Shown: one piece after another, positions 1-10,364 of the stretch | Position numbering within the stretch: position 1 is the stretch's first letter | Layout of the letters: each line of letters starts with the position of its first letter | Source: a virus | DNA: 64,000 nucleotides | IMG/VR virus record: IMGVR_UViG_3300036823_000160 | Span: 13,537 to 77,536 of that record | Strand: one strand, 5' to 3' | Translations under genes and position numbers: made by a program | Notes under the pieces: model-generated | What the model was told of the DNA's origin: nothing | Seen by the model: only the letters and a program-made list of their open reading frames with translations | Databases searched by the model: none

Positions 1-133
1 CCGGTGGACGACGGCGGTCTTCCAGGCTGGTGATGGTGTCGCCGCGTGGCGACACCGTATAACGAACAGCACGCGATCATGACCAGTGATCAACTGGTTC
101 GCGCGGCACGCATCGCGCAGTAGCGCCTGGGAC

Positions 134-907
134 ATGCAGATTCAGACCGACGTCCTCCAAGTGCTGTCCACCGTCTCGATCAACGGGAACCTCGCTCGCA
201 TCACCGCAGGTGACCTCGATCTCAGGCTCTACCAGCGCGTCGACAAGGTGCTCCAGGCCCTCGGCGGGAAGTGGGACCGGCGCCAGCGCGCGCATGTGTT
301 CCCGGACTCGCCGAGCCAACGGTTCGAGCTCGCGCTCGCGACGGCCGAGGTCACGACGGACCAGGAACTCGGCTGGTTCCCGACGCCCGACAAGGTCGCG
401 GACCAGGTCGTGAAGCTCGCGCAGATCGAGGACCGGCACGAGGTACTCGAGCCGAGTGCCGGTCGCGGCGCGCTCCTGGAAGCGATCGCACGCTCGGGCA
501 AGAAGCCTAACGTCGCCCTGATCGAGTTCGATGATTGTCGATGTGGGTATCTGCTGGGGCTCGTCGGCCCTTCGCGCCGGATTACCGTCAAGAACAGAGA
601 CTTCCTCGCGGTCAAGTTCATGCACGACTTCGATCGCGTCGTGATGAACCCGCCGTTCTGCAAGGTCGGACGCGGCGACCACCTCGACCATGTGCGGCGC
701 GCGTTCGAGCTCCTGGTCTTCGGTCGCGACGCGCGCCTGGTCGCCGTGCTGCCGCGCTCGATCACGTTCCGCCAGGACCGGCGGCACATCGAGTTCCGCA
801 CCTGGTACGAGCAGCTCGGCGGCGAGGTCAGCACGCTGCCGGAGGGCGCATTCAAGGAGTCGGGTACTGGCGTGCATGCCGTCATCCTCGTCCTGGTCAA
901 GCGCTAG
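134..907 (+). CDS. N6-adenine DNA methyltransferase
   Basis: Motif I VLEPSAGRG and motif IV VMNPPF; ATG at 134 chosen over GTG at 86. Confidence 0.85.
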   Translation: MQIQTDVLQVLSTVSINGNLARITAGDLDLRLYQRVDKVLQALGGKWDRRQRAHVFPDSPSQRFELALATAEVTTDQELGWFPTPDKVADQVVKLAQIEDRHEVLEPSAGRGALLEAIARSGKKPNVALIEFDDCRCGYLLGLVGPSRRITVKNRDFLAVKFMHDFDRVVMNPPFCKVGRGDHLDHVRRAFELLVFGRDARLVAVLPRSITFRQDRRHIEFRTWYEQLGGEVSTLPEGAFKESGTGVHAVILVLVKR

Positions 908-918
908 TGCGGCGCCCG

Positions 919-945
919 AGAAGCGAGGGACTGGGTCAGGGGTTC
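919..945 (+). promoter_or_regulatory. ECF-type promoter motif
   Basis: AGAAGC-N15-GGGTTC, GTG 8 nt downstream (954). Confidence 0.65.
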
Positions 946-953
946 GCTCTAGG

Positions 954-3230
954 GTGTCGAACAAGAAATCGCGGCCTGAACGGCGCGCCGGCGGTCCCAA
1001 GGTCGACGACCGCGAGCCAGTCCTGCGCGTGTACTTCGGAGAGGACGAGATCCACGTCGACCTGTTCGCTGGCGGTGGTGGCGCGTCGGTCGGCGCCGCG
1101 CTCGCGACCGGCCGCTCCCCCGACGTCGCGGTGAACCACTCGCCAGTCGCGATCGCGATGCATCGCGCAAACCATCCCACGACCCGGCACTACATCGAGG
1201 ACGTGTACGAGGTCGACCCGCGTGTTGCGACTCGCGGTCGGCAGGTCGCGTTACTTTGGCTATCCCCGACCTGCACGCACCATTCGAAGGCCAAGGGTGC
1301 CGCACTCGTCGACCGCAAGATCCGCGGCTTGTGCTGGTCTGCGTTGCCGTGGATCAAACACTGCCGCCCGCGCGTGATCATCCTCGAGAACGTCGAGGAA
1401 TTCGCCAAGTGGGGACCGCTCCATCGCCAGCACACGGACGGGTGCGAAGGCGTGAAGTGTGCCAAGGGGTGTCGATTCGGCACGATGCCCAAGAACCGTC
1501 GTGGCAAGGGTCGCATCAAGCACCACGACAAGGGCTGTCCCGGCGTCGAGTGCTCATCCAGGTGCCGCATCGATCGCCCAATCAAAGCGCGCGAGGCCGA
1601 GACCTTCAACGCGTTCGTCGCGAAGATCCGCTCGAAGGGTTACTCGGTCGAGTGGAAGTTCCTGCGCGCGTGTGACTACGGGGCGCCCACCACGCGCCGG
1701 CGCTTGTACATGGTAATGCGCGCGGACGGCCAGCCCGCGAGTTGGCCCGAGGTCACACACGGCCCGGGACTCGTGCCCTATCGCACCGCGGCCGAGTGCA
1801 TCGACTGGTCGATCCCGTGCCCGTCGATCTTCGACCGTGAGCGGGCGCTCGCGGACAAGACGATGGCGCGGATCGCGCGCGGCGTCCGCAAGTTCGTGAT
1901 GGAGAGCGAGCGCCCATTCATCGTGCCGGTGAACCACGGCGGTGTCGGACGTCGCGACCTACGCGTTCACGATTCGGCCGCGCCGATGCCCACGATCACC
2001 GGTGGTCAGCGCGGCGGACACGCGGTCGTGGTGCCGATCGTGACGAAGGCCAAGACCCACGGCGGCGGCAACGGCGTGCACTCGGGCGCAGAGCCGCTAG
2101 GAACCGTGACCGCGTCGAAGCGAGGGGAGTTCGCGCTTGCGTCCGCGACGCTTGTTCGCGCCGGCGCCACGGGTAATTTCCTCGTGTCCCCGGTCGTGGT
2201 CCCGGCCACGCACGGCGACTCGCGCGGCCAGCCTGACTCGCGCACGCACGGTGTCGACGAGCCGCTCCGCACGATCACGACGCTCGGCGCGCAGTTCTCG
2301 ATCGCGTCTGCCGTTCTGGTTCGCACTGCTCATGGCGATGTCGACGCGTCCGGTAAGCGACGTGGTCCCGGCGAGCACACGGTCGAAGCTCCGCTCGGTA
2401 CCGTGTGCGCCGGCGGCACCGATCACGCGATCGCCGCCGCGTATATGGTCCACCGTTCGAACGGCGAGCGACCGGGTCAGGCGCCGCGCGTCTACGACGT
2501 CGAGGACCCACACCCGACCGTTGTCGCCGAGGGGCTCAAGACCGCTGTGTGCGCAGCGTTCCTCGCCAAGCACAACGGCGGATCGCACGAGAGCAAGAAG
2601 GGCGGCCAGGCGGTCACCGCGCCCGCAGATACGATCTCGGCACAGGATCAGAAAGCGGTCACGGTCGCGCACCTCGTTCGCTACAACAGCGAGAACTCGG
2701 CCGCGTCCGCGCGCGGTCAGAGCGCCGACACGCCGGTCTCGACTCTCGATACCGCGAACCGGGTCGCGGTCGCGACCTCGCACCTGATGAAGCTCCGCGG
2801 CACGAGCCCTGCGCACGTCGCATCAAGTTCGCAAGCGGTGGACGCGCCCGCGCCGACGATCTCGGCCGAGGGCACGCATGTCGCCGAGGTGCGTGCGTTC
2901 CTGGTCCGGTACAACGGGCAGTCCGGCCCGCAGAACGTGGACGCGCCCCTCGGCACGCTCGACGCGACGGATCGGTATGGGCTCGCGACCGTGGTCATCG
3001 GCGGGGAGCTGTACGAAATCGTCGACATCGGGATGCGAATGCTCACGCCGCGCGAGCTGTTCGCTGCACAGGGGTTCCCTCCCACATACCAGATCGACCC
3101 CGTCGGCCCGAAGGGTAAGCGCCTGACCAAGACCGAGCAGATCCGCGCGTGCGGGAACTCGGTGTGTCCGCCGGTAGCTCGCGCGCTCGTCGAAGCCCAG
3201 TTCGCGCCGCAGCGCACCGTGGCTGCGTGA
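954..3230 (+). CDS. C5-cytosine DNA methyltransferase with repetitive variable region
   Basis: DLFAGGGG, SPTCTHHSKAKG, ILENVEEF, RMLTPRE, GNSVCPP; repeated P-x-x-T-[IV] modules. Confidence 0.92.
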   Translation: MSNKKSRPERRAGGPKVDDREPVLRVYFGEDEIHVDLFAGGGGASVGAALATGRSPDVAVNHSPVAIAMHRANHPTTRHYIEDVYEVDPRVATRGRQVALLWLSPTCTHHSKAKGAALVDRKIRGLCWSALPWIKHCRPRVIILENVEEFAKWGPLHRQHTDGCEGVKCAKGCRFGTMPKNRRGKGRIKHHDKGCPGVECSSRCRIDRPIKAREAETFNAFVAKIRSKGYSVEWKFLRACDYGAPTTRRRLYMVMRADGQPASWPEVTHGPGLVPYRTAAECIDWSIPCPSIFDRERALADKTMARIARGVRKFVMESERPFIVPVNHGGVGRRDLRVHDSAAPMPTITGGQRGGHAVVVPIVTKAKTHGGGNGVHSGAEPLGTVTASKRGEFALASATLVRAGATGNFLVSPVVVPATHGDSRGQPDSRTHGVDEPLRTITTLGAQFSIASAVLVRTAHGDVDASGKRRGPGEHTVEAPLGTVCAGGTDHAIAAAYMVHRSNGERPGQAPRVYDVEDPHPTVVAEGLKTAVCAAFLAKHNGGSHESKKGGQAVTAPADTISAQDQKAVTVAHLVRYNSENSAASARGQSADTPVSTLDTANRVAVATSHLMKLRGTSPAHVASSSQAVDAPAPTISAEGTHVAEVRAFLVRYNGQSGPQNVDAPLGTLDATDRYGLATVVIGGELYEIVDIGMRMLTPRELFAAQGFPPTYQIDPVGPKGKRLTKTEQIRACGNSVCPPVARALVEAQFAPQRTVAA

Positions 3231-3256
3231 AAGCTCGCGCGCGCCGATCGGGGTTC
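3229..3256 (+). promoter_or_regulatory. ECF-type promoter motif
   Basis: GAAAGC-N16-GGGTTC, GTG 8 nt downstream. Confidence 0.8.
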
Positions 3257-3264
3257 TGAGCCAG

Positions 3265-3567
3265 GTGAGGATCGACTTCGTCGTGTACGCACAGTTCATG
3301 GCGCGCTGGACGCGCGCTGAGCAGGCTCGGCTTGCCGAGCTCGAGCGCGGTCACACGCTTACGCAGTGTCCTTTCGTGGACGCGATCCTGTCCGGCGTGA
3401 TCACGGATCCGCTTCAGGCGAGCGCCATCAAGATGCGCGAGGATCGGATCGCCGCTGATGCGAGCCACGGGAGCGCCATCGAGCGCTATACGTACCGTGG
3501 TGGTCGGCTCCAGGTCTCGCCCGACAGCGTGCTGTGGGGCGAACTTGTAGTGGCCGGGACGATCTAG
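3265..3567 (+). CDS. hypothetical protein
   Basis: 100 aa ORF directly after promoter motif. Confidence 0.65.
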   Translation: MRIDFVVYAQFMARWTRAEQARLAELERGHTLTQCPFVDAILSGVITDPLQASAIKMREDRIAADASHGSAIERYTYRGGRLQVSPDSVLWGELVVAGTI

Positions 3568-3613
3568 AGCCACTAGGACATCTAGGTGCGCGCCCGCATT
3601 CGAGGTTTGCGCA

Positions 3614-3640
3614 GGAAGTGGCAGTAGCCCGGCGCGGTTC
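3614..3640 (+). promoter_or_regulatory. ECF-type promoter motif (variant)
   Basis: GGAAGT-N15-CGGTTC in intergenic gap. Confidence 0.5.
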
Positions 3641-3728
3641 AGGGTCTGGCCCGTGCTCGGAAACCGCCGCTCCTTCGTCCGCTCCCCGGACGCGCGCTAC
3701 GGTGACCGGCTGTGACCAGGGACGACGC

Positions 3729-4379
3729 ATGACCATGCCCCCGGCGCGTATCCCAGCCATCCCGACGACGTACAACGGGGTCAACTTCCGATCACGGCTC
3801 GAGAGCCGCTGGGCCGCGTTCTTCGACCTGGTGGGATGGCGCTGGTCATACGAGCCGCTCGACCTCCCTGGTCGCATCCCAGACTTCGTCATGCACTTCG
3901 TCGACCCGACGATCATCGAGTGCAAGCCGGCGTTCTCGGTGTCCGAGCTCGCCGAGCAACGGCGGGCGATGGTTCGGTCGGCGGCGGGCTGGTTGACCGT
4001 CGAGGCCGAGCGCGAGCTCCGTCAGCTTGACCGAGCCCCCTATCGCGAGGGCGATCTCACCAGGATCGACGCGCTCGTGGAGCACCTGAGCGCCGTCCGC
4101 GACCGTGGCGAGAACCCCCGCACGGGGCGGCGGGCGCTGGTTGTCGGTTCCCGCTTGTTTTCGACCGGTCCGGGTGACGAGTTCATCTCGCCCGACGGCG
4201 AGTGCGTGTTCGCGCGTTGTCACGGTTCGGACGGTCACGTAGCTCTCATGCTTCACACCAGGACCTGCATCGCCTGTGGGCGCGATGTCGATTTCGCCCG
4301 CCGACATCACGATGTCCCGCGTGACGTGAACGCGTGGTGGACCGAGGCAGGTAACAAGGTGCAGTGGAAGCCCTCGTGA
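3729..4379 (+). CDS. PD-(D/E)XK nuclease family protein
   Basis: FRSRLESRWAAFFD...YEP...PDF...IECKP. Confidence 0.8.
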   Translation: MTMPPARIPAIPTTYNGVNFRSRLESRWAAFFDLVGWRWSYEPLDLPGRIPDFVMHFVDPTIIECKPAFSVSELAEQRRAMVRSAAGWLTVEAERELRQLDRAPYREGDLTRIDALVEHLSAVRDRGENPRTGRRALVVGSRLFSTGPGDEFISPDGECVFARCHGSDGHVALMLHTRTCIACGRDVDFARRHHDVPRDVNAWWTEAGNKVQWKPS

Positions 4380-7318
4380 ACGAGATCGCCCACAGCCCAG
4401 ACATCGGGGCGGCGATGGGGTTCTTGCGCTCCTGGATCCCAGGAGGGCCGTGGAGCCTTGGCGCGATCGATCCCGATGATCGCCAGGGCCTTGCTTGGAT
4501 CACTACCGAGAGCGAGGTCGAGGCCGAACGGTTCCTCGTCGAGCAGTCGGCGCTCCGGCGCGGGATCTACTACCAGCCGAACGTGTGCCGAGACGACCTC
4601 GGTCCACGCCGTGCGAAGAAGGAGCACGTCGCGGTCGCGCTCTGTCTCCACGCCGATGTGGACCCGCCGGCTGTCGCGTCCGCGGCCGAGCTTGCCGCGT
4701 GGCAGGTGACGACGATGGAGCGGCTCGCCGACGGTGAGCACTGGCGCGCGAGCGAGCTTCCGGCGCCGACCGCGATCGTGTTCTCTGGCTCCGGCTTCCA
4801 GCTGCTATGGCGGCTGGCAGAGCCGGTGCTGCTCTGGTCCGACACGAACGGAAGCACGGAGCAAGACCCCGCGCTCGTCGACTCGGTCGAGGGCCGCTGC
4901 TACTCCATCATCCGGCGCGTGGACCCGTCGCACGTTGGGACGCACAACGTCGATCGGCTTCTCCGTCTGCCAGGGACGCTCAACTGGCCGAACGAGAAGA
5001 AGCGCGCGAACGGGCGCACGATCCCGGAGCTCGCGGCGGTCGAGTGGATCGGCAACGACCACACGCTCGAAGCGTTCCCGTACGAGCAGCCGCCCGAGTC
5101 AGCCGAGGCAGCTCCACGCTCCGAGGGCGCGGCTGCGCTCGCCCGTGAAGGCCGGGTAGCACCGGCCGCGCTCGCGGCCGCGCTTCCGCCGTGGCTGCAC
5201 GAGGCTGTGGTCGAGGGTCCCGAGAAGGGCGCAGACCGGAGCAAGGCCGCGTTCGCGGCCATCTGCGGGCTGATCCGTTGCGTCGACGACGACACGATCG
5301 AGGCGATTCTCGGCGACCCTGCATTCGCCGTGAGCGGGCACTTCCTAGATCAAGCTGACGTCGAGCGAGCGATCGGTCGCGCGATCGATGCCGCGCACCT
5401 GGAAGTGGACGTAAAGATTGCACAAGGGCGACGGCTACTGGAGGCCATGCAGCGCGAGCTCGCCCGGCGCGCGCCGGTCCTCGCGGTCCCGGTCACGCCC
5501 CCTCCGGCGCCCTCGCCTCCGCCACTGGTTCTGGAACTCGAGGTCGCGCCTCCGAACCCGCTCGCGTTCGTGTTGCCCTCGCCGAGCGAGCCCGCGTCCA
5601 CAGGCGCTCCTTCGATCCCGACGACGATCGAGTTCGAGGCCGCGCTGCGATCCGTTCAACGTCGCCTGAGTCGCCGTGTGGATCCCGATGCGATCCAGGA
5701 CGCCGAGTTGCTGAAGCGCGTTCTGGAAGGCGAGTTCCTGACGGCGGCAACGGACGCCGAGGACGATCGACAGGGCACGCTAGCGCGCGCCGTGCTCGCA
5801 GTCGCGCGCGCGGCTCCTCCGGGGGCGACCTCGGACCAGATCCATCGCCAGCTTCTCGCCAGCTCAGGAGCACTTGCGTGTGATCTGCCGGAGGTGATCC
5901 AAGAGGCTCTCGTGGTCGCCATCGAGCTCGGCCCGATTGGTCTGCCGGTTCGAAAGGAATCCGCGACCCTCGCGGCGCGCGCGAGCGATCCCGATGATTT
6001 CGACATCGAGCTGAGCGGTCCGCGTGCGGGGCGCCCCGCGAGCGCGAACCAGCGCAACGTGCGCCTCGCACTGCGCAAGCTCGGCGTCGAGCTCCGCTAC
6101 AACGACTTCGCGCGCCAGGAGGAGATCGTTCGCGGCGGTCGCGTCGATGTCGTCGAAGATCCGCACGTGAAGGCGTTGCGCGCTGAGATGGAGTCCGCGC
6201 ACGACTTCCGTCCCGGCAAGGACGACCTGTTCGACATGTGCGAGGTGATCGCGCGCGAGAATGCGTATCACCCTATCCGCGACTACCTGGCGTCGCTCCC
6301 CGAGGACGCGCCCGCTGGATCGCCCGCGAAGTTGACCGAGCGCTGGCTGATCGACTGTGCCGGCGCCGAGGACACCCCATATGTGCGCGCGGTCTCGCGC
6401 CTCGTGCTGGTCGCCGCGGTGCGGCGCGTGCGCCATCCGGGATGCAAGTTCGATGAGATGCTGGTCCTGGAGACGCCAATCCAGGGCAAGGACAAGTCCA
6501 AGGCTCTCGCCGCGCTCGCGGTTCGCGACGAGTGGTTCACCGACGATTTCAACTTCAAGAACGTCGACGACACCAAGAAGATGATGGAGACCACGACCGG
6601 TCGCTGGATCGTCGAGGCCGGCGAGCTAAAGGGCATGAACGAGGGTCGCTACAACGACCTCAAGGCGTACCTGTCCCGTCGCAAGGACGCCGCACGCGCC
6701 GCGTACGGACGAAAAACCACGACGGTGTTTCGCGAGTTCATCATCATCGGAACGACCAACGAGCAAAAGTACCTGCTCGATCCCACGGGCAACCGTCGAA
6801 TCTGGCCGGTTCGTGTGGTGCGCTTCGACGTCCTCGCACTGCTCGCGATGCGCGATCAACTGTGGGCGGAGGCTTCGCGCCTGGAGCTCGAGCACCCCGA
6901 GCCGGAGTATATCCGGCTCGATCCCGAGCTCTATGCGGCGGCGGCCGAACAGCAGGCCGCGCGCGAGGTCGATGATCCGATCCGCGAACGCCTGGATCGG
7001 GTCCTCGCCGACATCACCGGGCGGATCCGTGTCGAGGACGCGTGGAAAATCGTTGGCTACGAAGACGAGATCCCAAACCGCAGGGACAGCATGGCGATCT
7101 CCTCTGCGATGCAGTCGCTCGGGTTCGCACAGAGGCGAATCACGCAGGCTGGGGATCGTGGGACCTGGTACCGCCGCGGCGCGACCGAAGAGGAGCGTGA
7201 CCAGATCCTCGGCTTGACCGGCGGTGCCGCTGCGGGCTGGCGCGTCGGTCCAAAAGCAGGTGTCTATGGCGCGCGCCGATCCGGCCCATTGTCCGGTCCT
7301 GACCGGCGCGCGAACTAG
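4364..7318 (+). CDS. primase (RepB/AEP-like) fused to VapE/VirE helicase
   Basis: N-term DVD, SGSGFQ, RLLRLPGT; C-term PGCKFD, QGKDKS, RAAYGR, GTTN, DPTGNRR. Confidence 0.88.
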   Translation: MEALVNEIAHSPDIGAAMGFLRSWIPGGPWSLGAIDPDDRQGLAWITTESEVEAERFLVEQSALRRGIYYQPNVCRDDLGPRRAKKEHVAVALCLHADVDPPAVASAAELAAWQVTTMERLADGEHWRASELPAPTAIVFSGSGFQLLWRLAEPVLLWSDTNGSTEQDPALVDSVEGRCYSIIRRVDPSHVGTHNVDRLLRLPGTLNWPNEKKRANGRTIPELAAVEWIGNDHTLEAFPYEQPPESAEAAPRSEGAAALAREGRVAPAALAAALPPWLHEAVVEGPEKGADRSKAAFAAICGLIRCVDDDTIEAILGDPAFAVSGHFLDQADVERAIGRAIDAAHLEVDVKIAQGRRLLEAMQRELARRAPVLAVPVTPPPAPSPPPLVLELEVAPPNPLAFVLPSPSEPASTGAPSIPTTIEFEAALRSVQRRLSRRVDPDAIQDAELLKRVLEGEFLTAATDAEDDRQGTLARAVLAVARAAPPGATSDQIHRQLLASSGALACDLPEVIQEALVVAIELGPIGLPVRKESATLAARASDPDDFDIELSGPRAGRPASANQRNVRLALRKLGVELRYNDFARQEEIVRGGRVDVVEDPHVKALRAEMESAHDFRPGKDDLFDMCEVIARENAYHPIRDYLASLPEDAPAGSPAKLTERWLIDCAGAEDTPYVRAVSRLVLVAAVRRVRHPGCKFDEMLVLETPIQGKDKSKALAALAVRDEWFTDDFNFKNVDDTKKMMETTTGRWIVEAGELKGMNEGRYNDLKAYLSRRKDAARAAYGRKTTTVFREFIIIGTTNEQKYLLDPTGNRRIWPVRVVRFDVLALLAMRDQLWAEASRLELEHPEPEYIRLDPELYAAAAEQQAAREVDDPIRERLDRVLADITGRIRVEDAWKIVGYEDEIPNRRDSMAISSAMQSLGFAQRRITQAGDRGTWYRRGATEEERDQILGLTGGAAAGWRVGPKAGVYGARRSGPLSGPDRRAN

Positions 7319-7344
7319 GAAGCGCCGGTTCGAGCGGCAGGTTC
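7318..7344 (+). promoter_or_regulatory. ECF-type promoter motif
   Basis: GGAAGC-N15-AGGTTC, ATG 7 nt downstream. Confidence 0.65.
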
Positions 7345-7351
7345 GGGTTCC

Positions 7352-7678
7352 ATGCCCGACCTCCCCGACGACGTAGTCGCGCTAAAGGAGCACATCCGGC
7401 GGCTCGAGAGCCGGCTCGAAGAAGCGCTGCGCGAGCGCGCCGAGTCCGATGAGATCCGAACCGCAGTCGCGGATTCGGCCGCGTCTGCAGCGGGAACGAC
7501 GGTCCGCGCACTCGACGAACTCGTGGTCCTTCAGATCGTCGTGGACGCGGCCGTCGAATGGCGCAAGGCCGCCGCGCGCCGCAGCAGCGACGTGAACCAG
7601 GTCGAGTTCCGATCCAGGATCGTGAATCTGCGGGCCGTTGTCGACGGCTACCTCGCACGCACCGCGGTGCGTTCGTGA
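7352..7678 (+). CDS. hypothetical coiled-coil protein
   Basis: ORF with typical codon use. Confidence 0.7.
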   Translation: MPDLPDDVVALKEHIRRLESRLEEALRERAESDEIRTAVADSAASAAGTTVRALDELVVLQIVVDAAVEWRKAAARRSSDVNQVEFRSRIVNLRAVVDGYLARTAVRS

Positions 7679-8001
7679 GCCAGCTTGACACGAGCCAGCT
7701 CGAGCAGTTCCCGGTCGTGTGGTTGACCAGGGACCTCGTCTTCGGCGTGCTCGACACCGAGGTCGATGTCTGGTGCGAGCGGCCGGCGCCACGTCATCTC
7801 GACGACGGGGACGTGCTCTGGGGGATGCCGCCCGAGGGCGAGCGAGTGGTGTTCGCGGCCGACGGTGTCGCGGATGACGAACCCGCATGCCTGGGGTCCT
7901 TGTCGCTCGAGGACGCCCTGCGGTTCGCAGGGCCGGGCGTGCCCGCGACCTCTCGTGAATGCCTCCGGGTCGGCCCGGCGCCGGCCAGGACCGCTGCTTG
8001 A
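7675..8001 (+). CDS. hypothetical protein
   Basis: GTGA overlap with upstream gene. Confidence 0.65.
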   Translation: MSQLDTSQLEQFPVVWLTRDLVFGVLDTEVDVWCERPAPRHLDDGDVLWGMPPEGERVVFAADGVADDEPACLGSLSLEDALRFAGPGVPATSRECLRVGPAPARTAA

Positions 8002-9992
8002 GCGGAGCGACCGAGAACCTCGACGGCTCAAAGAGGGACTGGATCCACGGACCCGCGATCGCGGAGGGCGAGTGGCGCTACGGGTCCGTCTCGCAGGCGG
8101 AGAAGGCCGACGCGAACGGCAACCCGTCGAGCGGGTGCCTGCGTAAGTGGCACTTTGACAAGCGTAACGGGATCAAGGAAGGCCCGACGCCCGCGACCGA
8201 GCGCGGCGAGCGGTGCCACGGCGAGACCGCCCATTTCTTGCGCACCGGTGATCGCTCGCGGTTGACCCAGCTCTCGATGGCCGCGATCGGGAACCTCCCC
8301 GATCCCGGGCCGGATCTGCTCGTCGAGCACGACATCGTGCCGCGCATGCCGGATGGATCATCTGGGCTCGCGTTCGCGAAGCTACGCGCTGCCGGGGTCC
8401 CGTTCACAGGAGCGATCGATCTCATCCACGCGCGCCCCGAGAACCGCGGTGTGGCCGAGGTTCTCGAGACGATCGACGAGCCGAACGTGCTCAAGGTCAT
8501 CGATCACAAGTTCCCGAGCAGTCTAGACAATGCGAAGTGGGGGTTCGATCTCCTCACCCGCACGATCCAGATGCCGGGCTACGCCACGTGGGCGTTCCTG
8601 GAGTTCCCGGACATCGAGCGCGTTCGGCTGTTCCACAACTACTCGCCGGTTCGCGGCCGAGCTCGCCTGTCGACCTGCATCGTCGACCGATCCCAGGTCG
8701 ATCGCGAATGGAAGCGGGTCGAAGTGCTCGCGGTTTCGATGCGTGACGCCGCTCGCGAACATGACTCGAACAAGGTCGATGCCAACACGGATGCCTGCCA
8801 TGCGTTCCACAAGAACTGCCCGGCACTCGAGCACTGCACCGCGCGTGCACGTCACTCCCTCTCGGCCGCTATCGGGCGCACGGCCGCCGACAGGTTCATC
8901 AACCGCCAACGCCTACCCGTGATCCAGACCTCTCTAGGAGCTCCGCAGAACATGTCCTCCCTCATCGACCAGCTCAAGGCCAAGTCCGCCGCGCTATCTG
9001 CCGCCCCCATTCCTGCACCCGTGCAGGCCGCGCCGGCAGTCGCTTCTCCGTCGACCTCCGTCGAGGCCGAGGTCGCACGCCTGACCGCAGAGGCGTCAGC
9101 GGCGCGCGGCGAAGTCGCGCCAGCGCCGGCTCTCACGCTGAGCGGACCGCAGCCCAGCGCGGACGCGATCGCATCCATGGCCGCGGCCCAGTTGCTCGGC
9201 CAGATCGAGTCCCTGGGCATCGGGTCCCCAACGCTCGGTGGCGAGCTCGCACGGCTGATCGGGATCGCACGCGGTTATCCGGTAGCCATCGGCTACGCGG
9301 GCTCCGGCGAACTGGCGGGCCACACGCTCATGGATCCGGCCGTGCTTCCAGCAGCGCTGATCCAGGTCGAGAACTATGTCGCGGCCAAGAACAAGGCGGC
9401 CGCCGAGACTGCCGCTGCCGACGCTGCCAAGGTCACGGCTGCGATCGTCACGCTTCGCGTCGTGCCTGCAACCGCCCCCGCGGGACCGTCCCCATCCGCG
9501 CTGCTGCCCCCCGATGCACCAGCGTCGACGCCGTCGCTGGCTTCGGTCAAGCCCGACGAGGACAAGACCAAGAACAAGCGCAAGAAGAAGGATGCGCCGG
9601 CGCCGGGCGTTCCGGCGAACACGGCGGCGCCGATGGCCACGCCCCAGACGGACGGCGGCAGCGCGATCGACTTCTACGTCGACTGCGTTCGCGACGGGGT
9701 CACGACAACGCCGTTCTGGCCCGTGGTCCATGACGTCATGACGTTCATGACCTCGGACTCGAACGCGCCCGACTACCGGTGTGCCGATCCCGATGGCAAG
9801 TACGGGTACGCGCGCTGGAAGGGGATCCTGGCTTCGTGCCTGCACGAGGCGCGCTCGAACGGAACGATCGTACCGGGCTCGTATTCGTTCGAGACCAACA
9901 CGATGTCGATGGACATCGCGCAACTCGTCGTCGAAACCATGCGCGTGATCGTCGCCGAGTCTGGTGGCGCGTTCATCCGGGGGACGCGGTGA
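7998..9992 (+). CDS. Cas4-like PD-(D/E)XK exonuclease with long Ala/Pro-rich C-terminal part
   Basis: CLRKW, GERCH, GAID, IDHK, QMPGY, terminal C-x6-C-x5-C. Confidence 0.8.
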   Translation: MSGATENLDGSKRDWIHGPAIAEGEWRYGSVSQAEKADANGNPSSGCLRKWHFDKRNGIKEGPTPATERGERCHGETAHFLRTGDRSRLTQLSMAAIGNLPDPGPDLLVEHDIVPRMPDGSSGLAFAKLRAAGVPFTGAIDLIHARPENRGVAEVLETIDEPNVLKVIDHKFPSSLDNAKWGFDLLTRTIQMPGYATWAFLEFPDIERVRLFHNYSPVRGRARLSTCIVDRSQVDREWKRVEVLAVSMRDAAREHDSNKVDANTDACHAFHKNCPALEHCTARARHSLSAAIGRTAADRFINRQRLPVIQTSLGAPQNMSSLIDQLKAKSAALSAAPIPAPVQAAPAVASPSTSVEAEVARLTAEASAARGEVAPAPALTLSGPQPSADAIASMAAAQLLGQIESLGIGSPTLGGELARLIGIARGYPVAIGYAGSGELAGHTLMDPAVLPAALIQVENYVAAKNKAAAETAAADAAKVTAAIVTLRVVPATAPAGPSPSALLPPDAPASTPSLASVKPDEDKTKNKRKKKDAPAPGVPANTAAPMATPQTDGGSAIDFYVDCVRDGVTTTPFWPVVHDVMTFMTSDSNAPDYRCADPDGKYGYARWKGILASCLHEARSNGTIVPGSYSFETNTMSMDIAQLVVETMRVIVAESGGAFIRGTR

Positions 9993-10360
9993 GCCGCCTC
10001 GATCACATCGTCGCGCGTCGGCGCGAGGACCCGCGCGCGCCTCGAGTGCAGTACACGCAGTCGAGCGCGCGCGGCTACCGGTTCTCGGTGAAGAACTGGA
10101 CCTCGAAGTGGCACAAGCAGGGCTCGTCCTGGGGGCGCACGCGCGTCGCCGACCTCGCCGAGCGCCGCGCTGGTCGCGCACCCCAGCGCGTGCAGACCCC
10201 GAGCCCGAGCGCCGCGAAGATCGGCGCCGCTACCGAGCGCGCGATCGCTCGGATTCGCGCGATGCCGGCGCCCGAAGGCATGTCCCGCCAGGTCCGGCGC
10301 GCGCTCACTCGGCGTGCCGAGACCACCGCGCGCGCCGCCCTGTCTCGGGCGGGGGCGTAG
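9989..10360 (+). CDS. hypothetical basic protein
   Basis: GTGA-coupled ORF. Confidence 0.55.
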   Translation: MSRLDHIVARRREDPRAPRVQYTQSSARGYRFSVKNWTSKWHKQGSSWGRTRVADLAERRAGRAPQRVQTPSPSAAKIGAATERAIARIRAMPAPEGMSRQVRRALTRRAETTARAALSRAGA

Positions 10361-10364
10361 CAAG

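Noticed and set aside
36-57. 9-bp hairpin GGTGTCGCC-GCGT-GGCGACACC
   Set aside because: No U-tract and upstream context is cut off, so no function can be assigned.
1900-3000. Repeats in the C5 methyltransferase as a novel element
   Set aside because: Degenerate P-x-x-T-I repeats in the variable region are usual for this phage MTase family.
7998-9992. CRISPR-Cas system suggested by the Cas4-like gene
   Set aside because: No repeat-spacer array or other cas genes seen; solo Cas4-like nucleases are common in phage replication modules.
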